Assembly: GCA_034520665.1 (NCBI GenBank) | Contig: JAXHNJ010000002.1 | Coordinates: 282,303-346,302 of the forward strand | From: Patescibacteria group bacterium | GTDB taxonomy: Bacteria > Patescibacteriota > Patescibacteriia > JAXHNJ01 | Reading direction: 5' to 3' | Length of the DNA stretch: 64,000 nt | Part shown: positions 1 to 9,355 of the stretch, piece after piece | Layout: each line of letters starts with the position of its first letter | Numbering within the stretch: the stretch's first letter is position 1 | Notes under the pieces: generated by a model | What the model saw: only the letters and a program-made list of their open reading frames with translations | Databases searched by the model: none | Told to the model about the DNA's origin: nothing | Program-made: the position numbers and the translations under genes

Positions 1-1784
1 TAATTTTTACTTTATTTCTATTGGGAGCAAGTTTTTTAATCGGAATGGAGCAAACTTCAGCCGCAGAAAAAACCGTTATATACTTTTTCTGGGGTGAGGG
101 CTGTCCTCACTGCGCCGTGGAAAAACCATTTTTAGAAGAAATGGAACAAAAGTATCCCGAGCTGGAGGTTAAAATGTTTGAGACCTGGAAGAACTTGGAC
201 AACGCCGAATTATTTCAAAAAGTAGCCGCCGCTTATGGAATTCAAGCCCGAGGAGTACCGACAACTTTCATTGGCGACTTTGAGCCAATAGTCGGTTATG
301 CCGACTATATGGCCGATGATATTGAAGATAAAATTAAAGATTGTATTGAAAACAGCTGTGTTAACCCTGGAGTAAAGGCTGGGATTGAAGAAGAGACAAA
401 TACAGAGCCAACAACTTCTTCCGTTATTCCAACCAAAGAATCCAACCAAGAAGAAGAGATTGATTTCCAGCCAGAGCAAAACCAAGATAAGATTTGCCTG
501 CACTTATTTTACAAAGAAGATTGTCCTCAATGCTCGAATATAACTAATTTTCTCCAGAATCTGGAGAAAGAATACAATCTGACTATAAATAAGCACGATA
601 TTGGGACTGAAGAAGAGAATCTTTTATATCAAACCTTTAAAGATAAATATGGATTAGTAACAGGCGCTTATCCAATTATATTTTTAGGTAACAACTATTA
701 CATAGGCGATAAAGCCATTAAAGATCATCTAGAAAAAGAAATAATTCGGTGTGAAACAGAGGCTTGTATTTGCCCCTTAGAAAACATTAAAGGCCTTACT
801 CCTTTCTTACCCCAATCAACAGATATTACTCCTGAGAAACAGGAAAAACTAAAATTACCATTTGTCGGCGAGATTGATATTTCTTCCATGCCACTTTTTT
901 TGACAACCGGTATCATCGCTTTTGTGGATGGTTTTAATCCCTGCTCTTTGTGGCTAATTGCCTTTCTTTTGGGAATTGTGATTAATTCTGGTTCAAGAAA
1001 GAAAATATTTTTGGTCGGTACAACCTTTCTTTTGGTAACCACCACTGTTTACGGACTGTTTATGGTAGGGCTTTTAAATGTGTTTTTATATATTGGCTAC
1101 TTAAGATGGATTCAAGTTGCGGTTGCCTTATTAGCTTTGATTTTTGCTCTTGTAAATATTAAAGACTATTTTTGGTATAAAAAAGGTTTATCTTTTACTA
1201 TTTCTGATAAGTATAAGCCAAAAATATTTAAAGATGTACGAGGCATCATGAAAAAAGATAAATCAACCTGGGGCATGATGCTAGCTACAGCTGCTATGGC
1301 TCTGGGCGTAGTGCTGGTTGAGCTTCCCTGTACAGCTGGTTTTCCAGTAATTTGGACTAATATAATTGCCCAACATCATATACAAGGAATAGCGTTTGCT
1401 TTGCTTTTAGCCCTCTATCTATTGATTTATCTTTTAGACGAGGTAGTGGTTGTAGGAGCCGCCACTTTGACATTAAAAGCCAGTCGTTTTGAAGAAAAAC
1501 ACGGGCGTATCCTTAAGCTTATCGGTGGTATGATTATGTTGGCCTTGGCCCTGGTAATGTTTATTAAGCCGGACTTAATGAATAATATAAGCACTGCTTT
1601 ATTAATTTTTGCCATGGCCATAGCTGTTTCTTTCTTACTTATTTTTATTCATCGTAAAATTTTACCAAAATTTGGTATAAAAATTGGCACGGAAGAAAAT
1701 TTATTAACACCTGAAGCATCAAAAGAAGGTGAAGAAAATAATACTGACGAAAAAAATAATATTATTAACAAAAATAAGGAATAA
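1..1784 (+). CDS. Two thioredoxin-fold domains (CPHC, CPQC) fused to a CcdA/DsbD-like membrane thiol-disulfide transporter. It is 5'-truncated by the window edge.
   Basis: The reading frame is open back to position 3. The in-frame residues there (IFTLFLLGASFLIG) look like a signal peptide or TM helix. The CGCPHC and DCPQC motifs are present. The C-terminal multi-TM region has NPCS and LPCTAGFP cysteine motifs typical of CcdA/DsbD-beta. Confidence 0.6.
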   Translation, partial: IFTLFLLGASFLIGMEQTSAAEKTVIYFFWGEGCPHCAVEKPFLEEMEQKYPELEVKMFETWKNLDNAELFQKVAAAYGIQARGVPTTFIGDFEPIVGYADYMADDIEDKIKDCIENSCVNPGVKAGIEEETNTEPTTSSVIPTKESNQEEEIDFQPEQNQDKICLHLFYKEDCPQCSNITNFLQNLEKEYNLTINKHDIGTEEENLLYQTFKDKYGLVTGAYPIIFLGNNYYIGDKAIKDHLEKEIIRCETEACICPLENIKGLTPFLPQSTDITPEKQEKLKLPFVGEIDISSMPLFLTTGIIAFVDGFNPCSLWLIAFLLGIVINSGSRKKIFLVGTTFLLVTTTVYGLFMVGLLNVFLYIGYLRWIQVAVALLALIFALVNIKDYFWYKKGLSFTISDKYKPKIFKDVRGIMKKDKSTWGMMLATAAMALGVVLVELPCTAGFPVIWTNIIAQHHIQGIAFALLLALYLLIYLLDEVVVVGAATLTLKASRFEEKHGRILKLIGGMIMLALALVMFIKPDLMNNISTALLIFAMAIAVSFLLIFIHRKILPKFGIKIGTEENLLTPEASKEGEENNTDEKNNIINKNKE

Positions 1785-1787
1785 CTT

Positions 1788-2195
1788 ATGACAAATAATA
1801 ATTTACCGAACAATTTACTTTATAACCAAGATTATTCATGGGCGCGCATCGAGAATAACACGGCGGTGTTGGGTGTGATTAAACCGGCGGCAGATAAGGT
1901 AAAAGAATTTGTATTTATTAAACTTCCCCAGAAAGGACAGAGACTTAAAAAAGGGGAAACTTATGTTTCCTTGGAAGCACTTAAATGGAGCGGACACTTA
2001 GGAAGTCCCCTTTCCGGAGAAATAACTGAAGTTAATGACCCGTTGTTTGATGAACCGTCTATTATTAACAAAGACCCTTATGGTGAGGGCTGGATTGCCA
2101 AGATTAAAATTTCCAATCAAGAAGAGGTTAAAAAATTAATAAAAGCCGATAAAACCCAAAAATGGGTAGAGTCGGACCTGGCTAAAAATAAATAA
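1788..2195 (+). CDS. gcvH: Glycine cleavage system H protein (lipoyl carrier)
   Basis: The lipoyl-lysine motif VSLEALKWSG and the DPYGEGW signature are present. It starts 4 nt after the upstream stop. Confidence 0.8.
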   Translation: MTNNNLPNNLLYNQDYSWARIENNTAVLGVIKPAADKVKEFVFIKLPQKGQRLKKGETYVSLEALKWSGHLGSPLSGEITEVNDPLFDEPSIINKDPYGEGWIAKIKISNQEEVKKLIKADKTQKWVESDLAKNK

Positions 2196-2214
2196 TAATT
2201 AATAATAAAATTTT

Positions 2215-2661
2215 ATGATAAAAAAAATCGGATTATTATTCTTAGTAGTAGCAGCTTTGCTTGTCTTTACGGGCTGCTCTTCAACCGAACAGAATAACGA
2301 TCAAACAAACAATATTATGCCGTCAGACGGTGCCACAGCTAACGGCAAAGTAGTTATATATTTCTTCTGGGGTGAAGGCTGTCCTCACTGCGCCGTGGAA
2401 AAGCCATTTTTAGAAGAAATGGAGCAAAAGTATCCGGAGCTGGAGGTTAAAATGTTTGAGACCTGGAAGAACCCGGACAACGCCGAATTATTTCAAAAAG
2501 TAGCAGCCGCTTATGGAATTCAGGCCCGAGGAGTGCCGACAACTTTTATCGGTGATTTTGAACCGATTGTCGGTTTTGCCGATTATATGAAAGAGGATCT
2601 TGAAAGCAAAATAAAAAATTGTTTGGAACGCGACTGTGTTGATCCCGGTTCTAAACTATAA
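2215..2661 (+). CDS. Thioredoxin-fold lipoprotein, a paralog of the first domain of the 1-1784 protein
   Basis: It has a signal peptide with an LVFTGCSS lipobox and a WGEGCPHC motif. Its DNA is near-identical to 69-312. Confidence 0.75.
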   Translation: MIKKIGLLFLVVAALLVFTGCSSTEQNNDQTNNIMPSDGATANGKVVIYFFWGEGCPHCAVEKPFLEEMEQKYPELEVKMFETWKNPDNAELFQKVAAAYGIQARGVPTTFIGDFEPIVGFADYMKEDLESKIKNCLERDCVDPGSKL

Positions 2662-2707
2662 ACAACTACTTTTAATCAGGATTTTGATTCGTTTTAAATT
2701 CTAAAAT

Positions 2708-4045
2708 ATGGATAAACAAAAAATAGTTATCATCGGCGGTGGAGCCGCCGGCACCACTTGCGCCTTTGAACTGAGGAAGCTCGACAAAGAGGCGGAGATA
2801 ACCATAGTAGAGAAGACAGGAAACCTAGAATATTCTCCCTGCGCCCTGCCTTATGTTTTGGCCGGGGAGATAAATTCCTTTGATGATATTTTTATTTTCC
2901 AAGCATCTGATTATAAAAATAATAACATCAATATCCTCTTAGACACTGAGGTTACAGCCATAAACAAAAAGGCAAAAAAGATAAGTTATGTTAGTGATAG
3001 TAAAAAGGGAGAGCTTACCTATGATAAATTGGTTTTAGCCACCGGAAGCGTTTCTAAATTTCCTTCTATCTCAGGTCTTGATAAAGCCAAGCCTTTTGCT
3101 CTAAAAAATTTATCTGATGCTAAAAATATTTCAAAAAATATCAAGTCTAAAAGTAAGTCTGTTATTGTCGGAGCTGGGTTAGTGGGCCTGGAATTGGCCG
3201 TGGCTTTAAAAAATCAGGGGGAAAAAGTTTCGGTAGTAGAAAGGCAAAATCGTCCTTTACCGGCAATTTTAGACAAGGATATGAGCGGTCAGCTTGAGCA
3301 GTATTTAACTGATTTGGGAGTGGAATTGTTTTTTAATACAAATATCACAAAAGTAGAAGAGGGGAAGCTTTATTTTCAAGAAGATTATCTCAGCTTTGAC
3401 AAGCTTTTTGTTTGTATCGGAATAGAAGCAAATACTGCCTTGGCCCATCAGGCCGAGTTGAAATGCGAAGAGGCTATTGAAGTAAATGATAGCTTACGGA
3501 CTTCGGATGATAATATTTACGCATGCGGTGATTGCGTTTTTTCTATTGAGTTAAATACCAATAAAAAAGTGCTTAGCCAGCTTGGGACTATAGCGGTTCG
3601 TCAAGGCAAAGTAGTAGCTCATAATATCTTAGGCCAAAAAGAAAAAGCCCCTTTAGTAGTGAATAATACTATTACCAAGATAGGTGAACTATTCGTAGGT
3701 TCAGTGGGTTTGAGCTTAGAAAAAGCGCGACAAGAAAACATAGAAGTCGTAACAGCTAAATACTCTGGTGAGGTCAGATCTGAATATTACCCACCCTCCA
3801 GCCTGATTACAGTTAAGTTGATTTCAGATAAGAAAGGGAAATTACTCGGAGGTCAGATATTGGGCCGAGAAGAAGTGGTTGGAAGGATAAATTTACTTTC
3901 TCTGGCAATTGGAAAAGGAATGACCTTGGACGATTTAATTAGCAATGAGACTTGTTATAATCCGGCCTCAGCCCCCATCAACGAACCGATAAGCATAGTG
4001 GCTGAAATTGTTAAGAAAAAAATAAAGTTTTCTCTTAAAAAATGA
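2708..4045 (+). CDS. Pyridine nucleotide-disulfide oxidoreductase of the CoA-disulfide reductase / NADH oxidase family
   Basis: It carries the FAD motif GGGAAG and the single redox cysteine motif SPCALPY. A second Rossmann motif, GAGLVG, is present. It is 445 aa. Confidence 0.75.
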   Translation: MDKQKIVIIGGGAAGTTCAFELRKLDKEAEITIVEKTGNLEYSPCALPYVLAGEINSFDDIFIFQASDYKNNNINILLDTEVTAINKKAKKISYVSDSKKGELTYDKLVLATGSVSKFPSISGLDKAKPFALKNLSDAKNISKNIKSKSKSVIVGAGLVGLELAVALKNQGEKVSVVERQNRPLPAILDKDMSGQLEQYLTDLGVELFFNTNITKVEEGKLYFQEDYLSFDKLFVCIGIEANTALAHQAELKCEEAIEVNDSLRTSDDNIYACGDCVFSIELNTNKKVLSQLGTIAVRQGKVVAHNILGQKEKAPLVVNNTITKIGELFVGSVGLSLEKARQENIEVVTAKYSGEVRSEYYPPSSLITVKLISDKKGKLLGGQILGREEVVGRINLLSLAIGKGMTLDDLISNETCYNPASAPINEPISIVAEIVKKKIKFSLKK

Positions 4046-4884
4046 ATTTGCCTGATTGGATTAAAATAGGAAAATACGATAAAAAAGAATATTTAAAAAC
4101 TTTAAATATTATAAATGAAAATAAACTAACCACGGTTTGTTTGGAGGCAAATTGCCCCAACCGTTATGAATGTTTTGCTAATGGCACAGCCACTTTTATG
4201 ATTTTGGGTGATGTTTGTACCAGAAATTGTCGTTATTGTAATATAAAAAAAGGTCAACCTAAGGCACTTGATCCGACCGAGCCGGAAAAAATTTCGGTTG
4301 CCATTAAAAAGATGGGTTTAAAATATGCGGTGGTAACTTGCGTAACCAGAGATGATTTGCCAGATGGCGGCGCTGATCAATTTGCTAAAACGATCAAGAC
4401 AATTAAAAAAAATAATCCGGGTTGTAGGATGGAAGTTTTAATCTCTGACCTACAAGGTAATTGGCAAGCGCTTAAAAAAATAATCAAAGCCAAGCCGGAT
4501 GTAATAAATCATAATTTAGAAGCAGTTAAAGATATTTTTGCTTTAGTCAGACCCAAAGGTAATTATAAGTTATCTTTAAAACTTTTGAAAAAAATAAAAG
4601 AATTCGCACCGGAAATAAAAACAAAATCCGGTTTTATGCTTGGTCTTGGTGAGAATGACAAACAAATTGCCGAAACACTTAATGATTTAAAAAAAGGTGG
4701 CTGTGATATCGTAACCATTGGACAATATTTACAGCCGAGTCCGCAACATTTTGCAGTAAAAAAATATTATAATCCCGAAGAGTTTAAAAGGATAGAGTCT
4801 ATTGCTAAAAAAATCGGTATTAAACATGTTTCTGCCGGTCCTTTGGTTAGGAGTTCTTATCAAGCTAACATTATGTATAAATAA
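4042..4884 (+). CDS. lipA: Lipoyl synthase
   Basis: The auxiliary cluster motif CLEANCPNRYEC and the radical-SAM motif CTRNCRYC are both present. Confidence 0.9.
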   Translation: MNLPDWIKIGKYDKKEYLKTLNIINENKLTTVCLEANCPNRYECFANGTATFMILGDVCTRNCRYCNIKKGQPKALDPTEPEKISVAIKKMGLKYAVVTCVTRDDLPDGGADQFAKTIKTIKKNNPGCRMEVLISDLQGNWQALKKIIKAKPDVINHNLEAVKDIFALVRPKGNYKLSLKLLKKIKEFAPEIKTKSGFMLGLGENDKQIAETLNDLKKGGCDIVTIGQYLQPSPQHFAVKKYYNPEEFKRIESIAKKIGIKHVSAGPLVRSSYQANIMYK

Positions 4885-4888
4885 AAAT

Positions 4889-5644
4889 ATGAAAACCTGG
4901 AGACTTATAAAATCTATCACTGATAATGGCGCCAGACAGATGGCCATTGATGAAGCCATACTTACAGCACGAATAAAAAATAAAGTCCCCAATACTTTAC
5001 GCTTTTTTACTTGGAAACCGACCTGCGTAACAATCGGCTTTTTTCAAAATTTAGAAGAAGAGATCGATTTTATCAAAACTCGGTCTAGGGGCATAGACGT
5101 AGTTAGAAGATATACGGGCGGAGGCGCGGTTTTACATGAGCATGAACTAACTTATTCTCTAACCATCTCAGAAAAAGATGTTTCTTCTGATATAGTTGAA
5201 TCTTATAAAGAGATCTGCGCCGGAATAATTGAAGCCTTGTTTTCTCTTGGTATAAAAGCAGAATTCAAACCCATAAATGATATTATTGTTGGTAATAAAA
5301 AAATATCAGGCAATGCTCAGACTAGAAAGTCAGGCGTGGTGTTACAGCATGGTACAATACTTTTGGATCTGGATCTTAAAAAAATGTTTTCCCTGTTAAA
5401 GATCCCTGACGAAAAAATTAAGGATAAAATGATAAAAGCGGCCAAAGAGCGAGTAACCTCGTTAAAAAACGAACTAGGAAAAAGCGTTGCCAATAAGGAA
5501 ATAGAAAAGGCGCTTATTTATGGATTTGAAAAAATGTTTAATATAAAAACTGAAGTTGGAGAACTTACTCCCCAGGAATTAAAGCATGCCGAAAAATTAT
5601 ATAAAGAAAAGTATACTAATAATAAATGGACTAATTGGCGATAA
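4889..5644 (+). CDS. lplA: Lipoate-protein ligase, catalytic N-terminal domain (BPL/LPL)
   Basis: The motifs RRYTGGGAVLHEHELTYS and ISGNAQ...LQHGTILLDLDL are present. I place the start at ATG 4889, just after the lipA stop. The track's earlier start overlaps lipA. Confidence 0.8.
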   Translation: MKTWRLIKSITDNGARQMAIDEAILTARIKNKVPNTLRFFTWKPTCVTIGFFQNLEEEIDFIKTRSRGIDVVRRYTGGGAVLHEHELTYSLTISEKDVSSDIVESYKEICAGIIEALFSLGIKAEFKPINDIIVGNKKISGNAQTRKSGVVLQHGTILLDLDLKKMFSLLKIPDEKIKDKMIKAAKERVTSLKNELGKSVANKEIEKALIYGFEKMFNIKTEVGELTPQELKHAEKLYKEKYTNNKWTNWR

Positions 5645-5645
5645 T

Positions 5646-5918
5646 ATGAAAAAAATAATTTATAAAGCGCCTAACGGTAAGTTATTGCGCCTGCAACTTG
5701 ATGCGGAAGATAATATTATAAGGAATATAAAAATAGCCGGTGATTTTTTTATTTACCCGGAAGAAGCGATTTGTGAGATTGAAAAATTTTTAGTCGGAAA
5801 AAAAATTAATAATAATATAGAAAGTACGTTGAAGAAATTTTTATTAAACAACAATATAATTATAATAGGATTCAAACCGACAGATATTTTTAATGCACTA
5901 TCAAATAATAATAAATAA
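5646..5918 (+). CDS. Lipoate-protein ligase C-terminal domain as a separate polypeptide (LplB-like)
   Basis: The motifs YKAPNGKLLRLQLD and NIKIAGDFF match the LplA C-domain. The ATG lies 2 nt after the lplA stop. Confidence 0.65.
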   Translation: MKKIIYKAPNGKLLRLQLDAEDNIIRNIKIAGDFFIYPEEAICEIEKFLVGKKINNNIESTLKKFLLNNNIIIIGFKPTDIFNALSNNNK

Positions 5919-6067
5919 AATAGCCACAGTTTTTTTAAATAATATTACCAGCAAATAGGCCCGATTCTCGCATTTAATCGGCGGTCTCTTGATGCTAATA
6001 ATCGGCTTGATGCTTATTTTCAAGCCCGGTTAGCTGATGTTTGGCTAAAAATTTCAAAATAAAAAAA

Positions 6068-6104
6068 CCAACGGCCAATATATTAAAGCCGCTGTTTGTT
6101 TTGT
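6068..6104 (+). terminator. Putative intrinsic terminator of the lipoylation operon
   Basis: An imperfect hairpin CCAACGGCC...GCCGCTG is followed by TTTGTTTTGT. Confidence 0.3.
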
Positions 6105-6264
6105 ATTATTTAAGCTACTCGGGTCGCCTCCGATAAAAAGTTTTAGTGGCGGTGGGACTGGCCCCGCTATTGCGCGGGGTAAAGATTCTTACCTTATTTA
6201 TTCCCAGAGCGGAGAGGACTAGCCCGCCTGCGGCGGATTTTCGAGACTCTCACTTTAAAAGTAA

Positions 6265-6354
6265 TGGCGGTGGGACTGGGATTCGAACCCAGGATACCCG
6301 TAAAGGTATACATGCACTCCAAGCATGCGCCTTCGACCACTCGGCCATCCCACC
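6265..6354 (-). tRNA. tRNA-Ser(GGA), type II with a long variable arm; CCA is encoded
   Basis: The reverse complement folds as a cloverleaf: acceptor GGTGGGA/TCCCACC, anticodon loop TTGGAGT, T-arm CTGGGTTCGAATCCCAG, 3' GCCA. Confidence 0.85.
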
Positions 6355-6478
6355 TCAATAAGCGATAAACCAACAGCCATAAGCGACAAGCCATAAGCTA
6401 ACAATATTATACCATAGCAAATTAAAGGCAAAAAGAAAAGCCTTTTTTGCTTTTTAAAAAAGACTTTTCTTGAATTTT

Positions 6479-8881
6479 TTATTTTTTGTTTTTAAGCTTT
6501 TTTTCTGTTTTCAATATATCCAAGGTTGTTTTAATCACTGTATCCGGATTCAGCGACATCGAGTCAATACCTTCCTTGACTAAAAAACGAGCAAATTCGG
6601 GGTAGTCTGAAGGCGCCTGGCCACAGATACCAATTTTACACTTATTCTTCTTGGCTATTTTAATTACCTGACTAACCATTCTTTTGACGGCTTCGTTTCT
6701 TTCATCATAAATATGAGCCACTAAGGATGAGTCACGGTCTACTCCTAAAGTCAATTGAGTTAAATCATTAGAGCCGATAGAAAAGCCGTCAAATATCTTA
6801 GCAAACTCTTCAGCCATAATTACATTAGAAGGGATTTCGCACATGACATAAACTTCTAAACCATCTTGACCTTGTTTCAGGCCATATTTTTTCATAATCT
6901 TAATCACATTTTTTCCCTCTTCCACTGTCCGGCAAAAGGGCACCATAACTTTGAGATTTTTCAGCCCCATCTCTTTTCTTACTTTTTTTAAGGCCTGGCA
7001 CTCCAGTTTAAAAGCGGCTTCATAATTTTTATCGTAATAACGTGAAGCACCGCGCCAGCCGATCATGGGATTGGACTCTTCCGGCTCAAATTCTGAGCCG
7101 CCGATTAAGTTAGCGTATTCATTGGATTTAAAGTCAGACAAACGGACAATTACGTCCTTGGGATAAAAAGCGGCCGCAATCATAGCCACACCCATAGCTA
7201 ATTTGTCTATAAAAAATTCACTTTTATTTTTATAGTCCCGGGTAATTTTTTCAATTTCCTTCTTAGCCTTTTTATCTTTTAATTTTTTATAATTCAGCAA
7301 AGCCAAGGGATGAATTTGAATAAACGAATTAATAATAAATTCTTCCCGGGCTAGCCCGACACCATCGTTAGGAATAAAAGAAGAGTCAAAAGCAATATCC
7401 GGACTACCAATATTCATCATAATTTTGGTTTTTGGTCTTTTTATTTTTTTAAGCCTAGTTTTTTTAACTTTAAAATCAGCCCGACCTTGATAAACAAAGC
7501 CTTTCTCGCCTTCAGCACAGGAAACAGTCACCGTCTGGCCGTTTTTTATTTTTTTAGTGGCTCGACCAGCCCCAACAATACAGGGAATACCCAATTCTCG
7601 GGAAACAATAGCCGCGTGACAGGTACGTCCGCCCTGATCAGTAACAATAGCACTGGCTATTTTCATAATTGGCTCCCAGTCCGGATCAGTCATATCAGTG
7701 ACCAGAATTTGGCCTTTTTTAAAGCTGTGAATATCCTTAGTATTTAAAATTACATTAGCCTCACCTGAAGCAACTTTAGTACCGACCGGTGCTCCCTCAA
7801 TAATTTTTTTACCTTTTTTCTTAATTACATAAGTTTCCAGAATATTTTTGTCTTTTTGTGACTGCACTGTTTCCGGCCGAGCCTGGACTATAAAAAGTTC
7901 ATTAGTCTGGCCGTCTTTAGCCCACTCAATATCCATTGGTTTTTGATAATGTTTTTCAATAGCCACAGTCCATTTAGCTAAAGTTAATATTTCTTGATCT
8001 TCTATAGAATATTTTCTTCTCTTAGCCGTGCTCACATTAACATTTTTAGTGGATTTGCCCTGACCAGAGGTATAAATCATTTTTAAGGCCTTGGTGCCCC
8101 GCTGGCGAGAAATAATAGCCTTATAGCCTTGCTCTAAAGTTGGTTTAAAAACATAAAATTCATCCGGATTAACATTACCCTGGACTACATTTTCTCCCAA
8201 ACCATAAGCACTGGTAATATAAACCGCGTTTTCAAAACCACTTTCAGTATCAATACTAAATATCACTCCCGAAGAAGCTTTGTCCGAGCGCACCATTTTC
8301 TGGACGCCAATAGATAAAGCAATTTCAAAATGGTCAAAGCCTTTGTCTTCACGGTAGGAAATGGCTCGGTTGGTAAAAAGAGAAGCAATACATTTTTTAC
8401 AATATTTTAATAAATCTTTTTGGCCCCGGATATTTAAATAAGTGTCCTGCTGACCGGCAAAAGAGGCGTCTGGCAGATCTTCAGCTGTAGCTGATGAACG
8501 CACGGCCACGTCAACATTCTTTTTATATTCTTTTTCCATTTTTTTATAGGCTTTGATAATAGCCTCGTTAAGCTCGGCTGGAAAATCAGACTTTAGAATT
8601 AATTGGCGCACTTTTTTACCCCGAGCCATTAAGTTTCTCACATTATGAGTATTTAAATCAGACAGAATCTCTTTTATCTCATCTCTAATACCGCTTTCTT
8701 TAAGAAAAAAGCGATAGGCTTCAGCCGTGACCGCAAAACCATTAGGCACATTAATGCCCCTCTTAGTTAGAGTGGCGTACATCTCCCCTAAAGAAGCGTT
8801 TTTACCACCCACCAAAGGTACGTCCTTATTACGCAAATCTTTAAACCATAAAATTAACTCTTTATTTTTCTTTTTTTTCAT
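6479..8881 (-). CDS. ppsA: Phosphoenolpyruvate synthase (pyruvate, water dikinase)
   Basis: It is 800 aa and has the PEP-utilising histidine motif GGRTCHAAIVSRELGIPCIVG. The N-terminal ATP-grasp domain and C-terminal PEP-binding domain are present. Confidence 0.85.
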   Translation of the reverse strand: MKKKKNKELILWFKDLRNKDVPLVGGKNASLGEMYATLTKRGINVPNGFAVTAEAYRFFLKESGIRDEIKEILSDLNTHNVRNLMARGKKVRQLILKSDFPAELNEAIIKAYKKMEKEYKKNVDVAVRSSATAEDLPDASFAGQQDTYLNIRGQKDLLKYCKKCIASLFTNRAISYREDKGFDHFEIALSIGVQKMVRSDKASSGVIFSIDTESGFENAVYITSAYGLGENVVQGNVNPDEFYVFKPTLEQGYKAIISRQRGTKALKMIYTSGQGKSTKNVNVSTAKRRKYSIEDQEILTLAKWTVAIEKHYQKPMDIEWAKDGQTNELFIVQARPETVQSQKDKNILETYVIKKKGKKIIEGAPVGTKVASGEANVILNTKDIHSFKKGQILVTDMTDPDWEPIMKIASAIVTDQGGRTCHAAIVSRELGIPCIVGAGRATKKIKNGQTVTVSCAEGEKGFVYQGRADFKVKKTRLKKIKRPKTKIMMNIGSPDIAFDSSFIPNDGVGLAREEFIINSFIQIHPLALLNYKKLKDKKAKKEIEKITRDYKNKSEFFIDKLAMGVAMIAAAFYPKDVIVRLSDFKSNEYANLIGGSEFEPEESNPMIGWRGASRYYDKNYEAAFKLECQALKKVRKEMGLKNLKVMVPFCRTVEEGKNVIKIMKKYGLKQGQDGLEVYVMCEIPSNVIMAEEFAKIFDGFSIGSNDLTQLTLGVDRDSSLVAHIYDERNEAVKRMVSQVIKIAKKNKCKIGICGQAPSDYPEFARFLVKEGIDSMSLNPDTVIKTTLDILKTEKKLKNKK

Positions 8882-9040
8882 AAAATTTGATAATTATAAT
8901 ATTTAATTTGCTAAAACCAATCCTATAACTTTACGAGCAGCTATAACAAAACCCTATACCCGACAATAATCATATACAACATCAGTACCCCTTTCTTATA
9001 AAAAGAAAAGAGTACCTTGTACTATATACAATGATTGGAT

Positions 9041-9355
9041 TTAAAAGTTTATTTTTTGGGCAATACCATGCACTAAAGGCACTCGCCAGTATTCTCCGGA
9101 CAAAGCCTTAATAAAGCCAAGCACCACCACTACAATAATCAAAAGATTTAACAACCAGCCGAGAATTGGAATAAACAAGAAAATAACAGAGGCAATAAAA
9201 ATAATAAATCCTTGCTTAGCATGAAACTGGACAAACTTGCTGTCTTTTTTTACTACCAAAATAATTATACTGATAATCCAGAGATAGGAAACAGCTGCTA
9301 GCAGTTTATTTTCTTGGCTTTCCCCCATTTTTGGTTTCTCTTCCATCAGATCCAC
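9041..9355 (-). CDS. Small membrane protein, DUF4870-like
   Basis: The motif AAVSYLWIISIIILVVKKDSKFVQFHAKQG is followed by 2 TM helices. Confidence 0.5.
   Translation of the reverse strand: MDLMEEKPKMGESQENKLLAAVSYLWIISIIILVVKKDSKFVQFHAKQGFIIFIASVIFLFIPILGWLLNLLIIVVVVLGFIKALSGEYWRVPLVHGIAQKINF

Noticed and set aside
210-1621. Antisense ORFs inside the thioredoxin/DsbD fusion gene (210-503, 725-1045, 1427-1621, all minus strand)
   Set aside because: They lie wholly within and opposite a well-supported coding region. They have no RBS and no conserved motifs, so they are chance open frames.
4729-4992. 87 aa minus-strand ORF across the lipA/lplA boundary
   Set aside because: It is antisense to two strongly supported genes and has no signals.
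6146-6394. ORF-track proteins 6146-6361 (plus strand) and 6194-6394 (minus strand)
   Set aside because: They overlap tRNA-Ser and a GC-rich non-coding structured segment. Their Ala/Arg/Gly-rich translations are typical of frames read through GC-rich RNA genes.
7487-7747. 86 aa plus-strand ORF inside ppsA
   Set aside because: It is antisense within a conserved enzyme gene.
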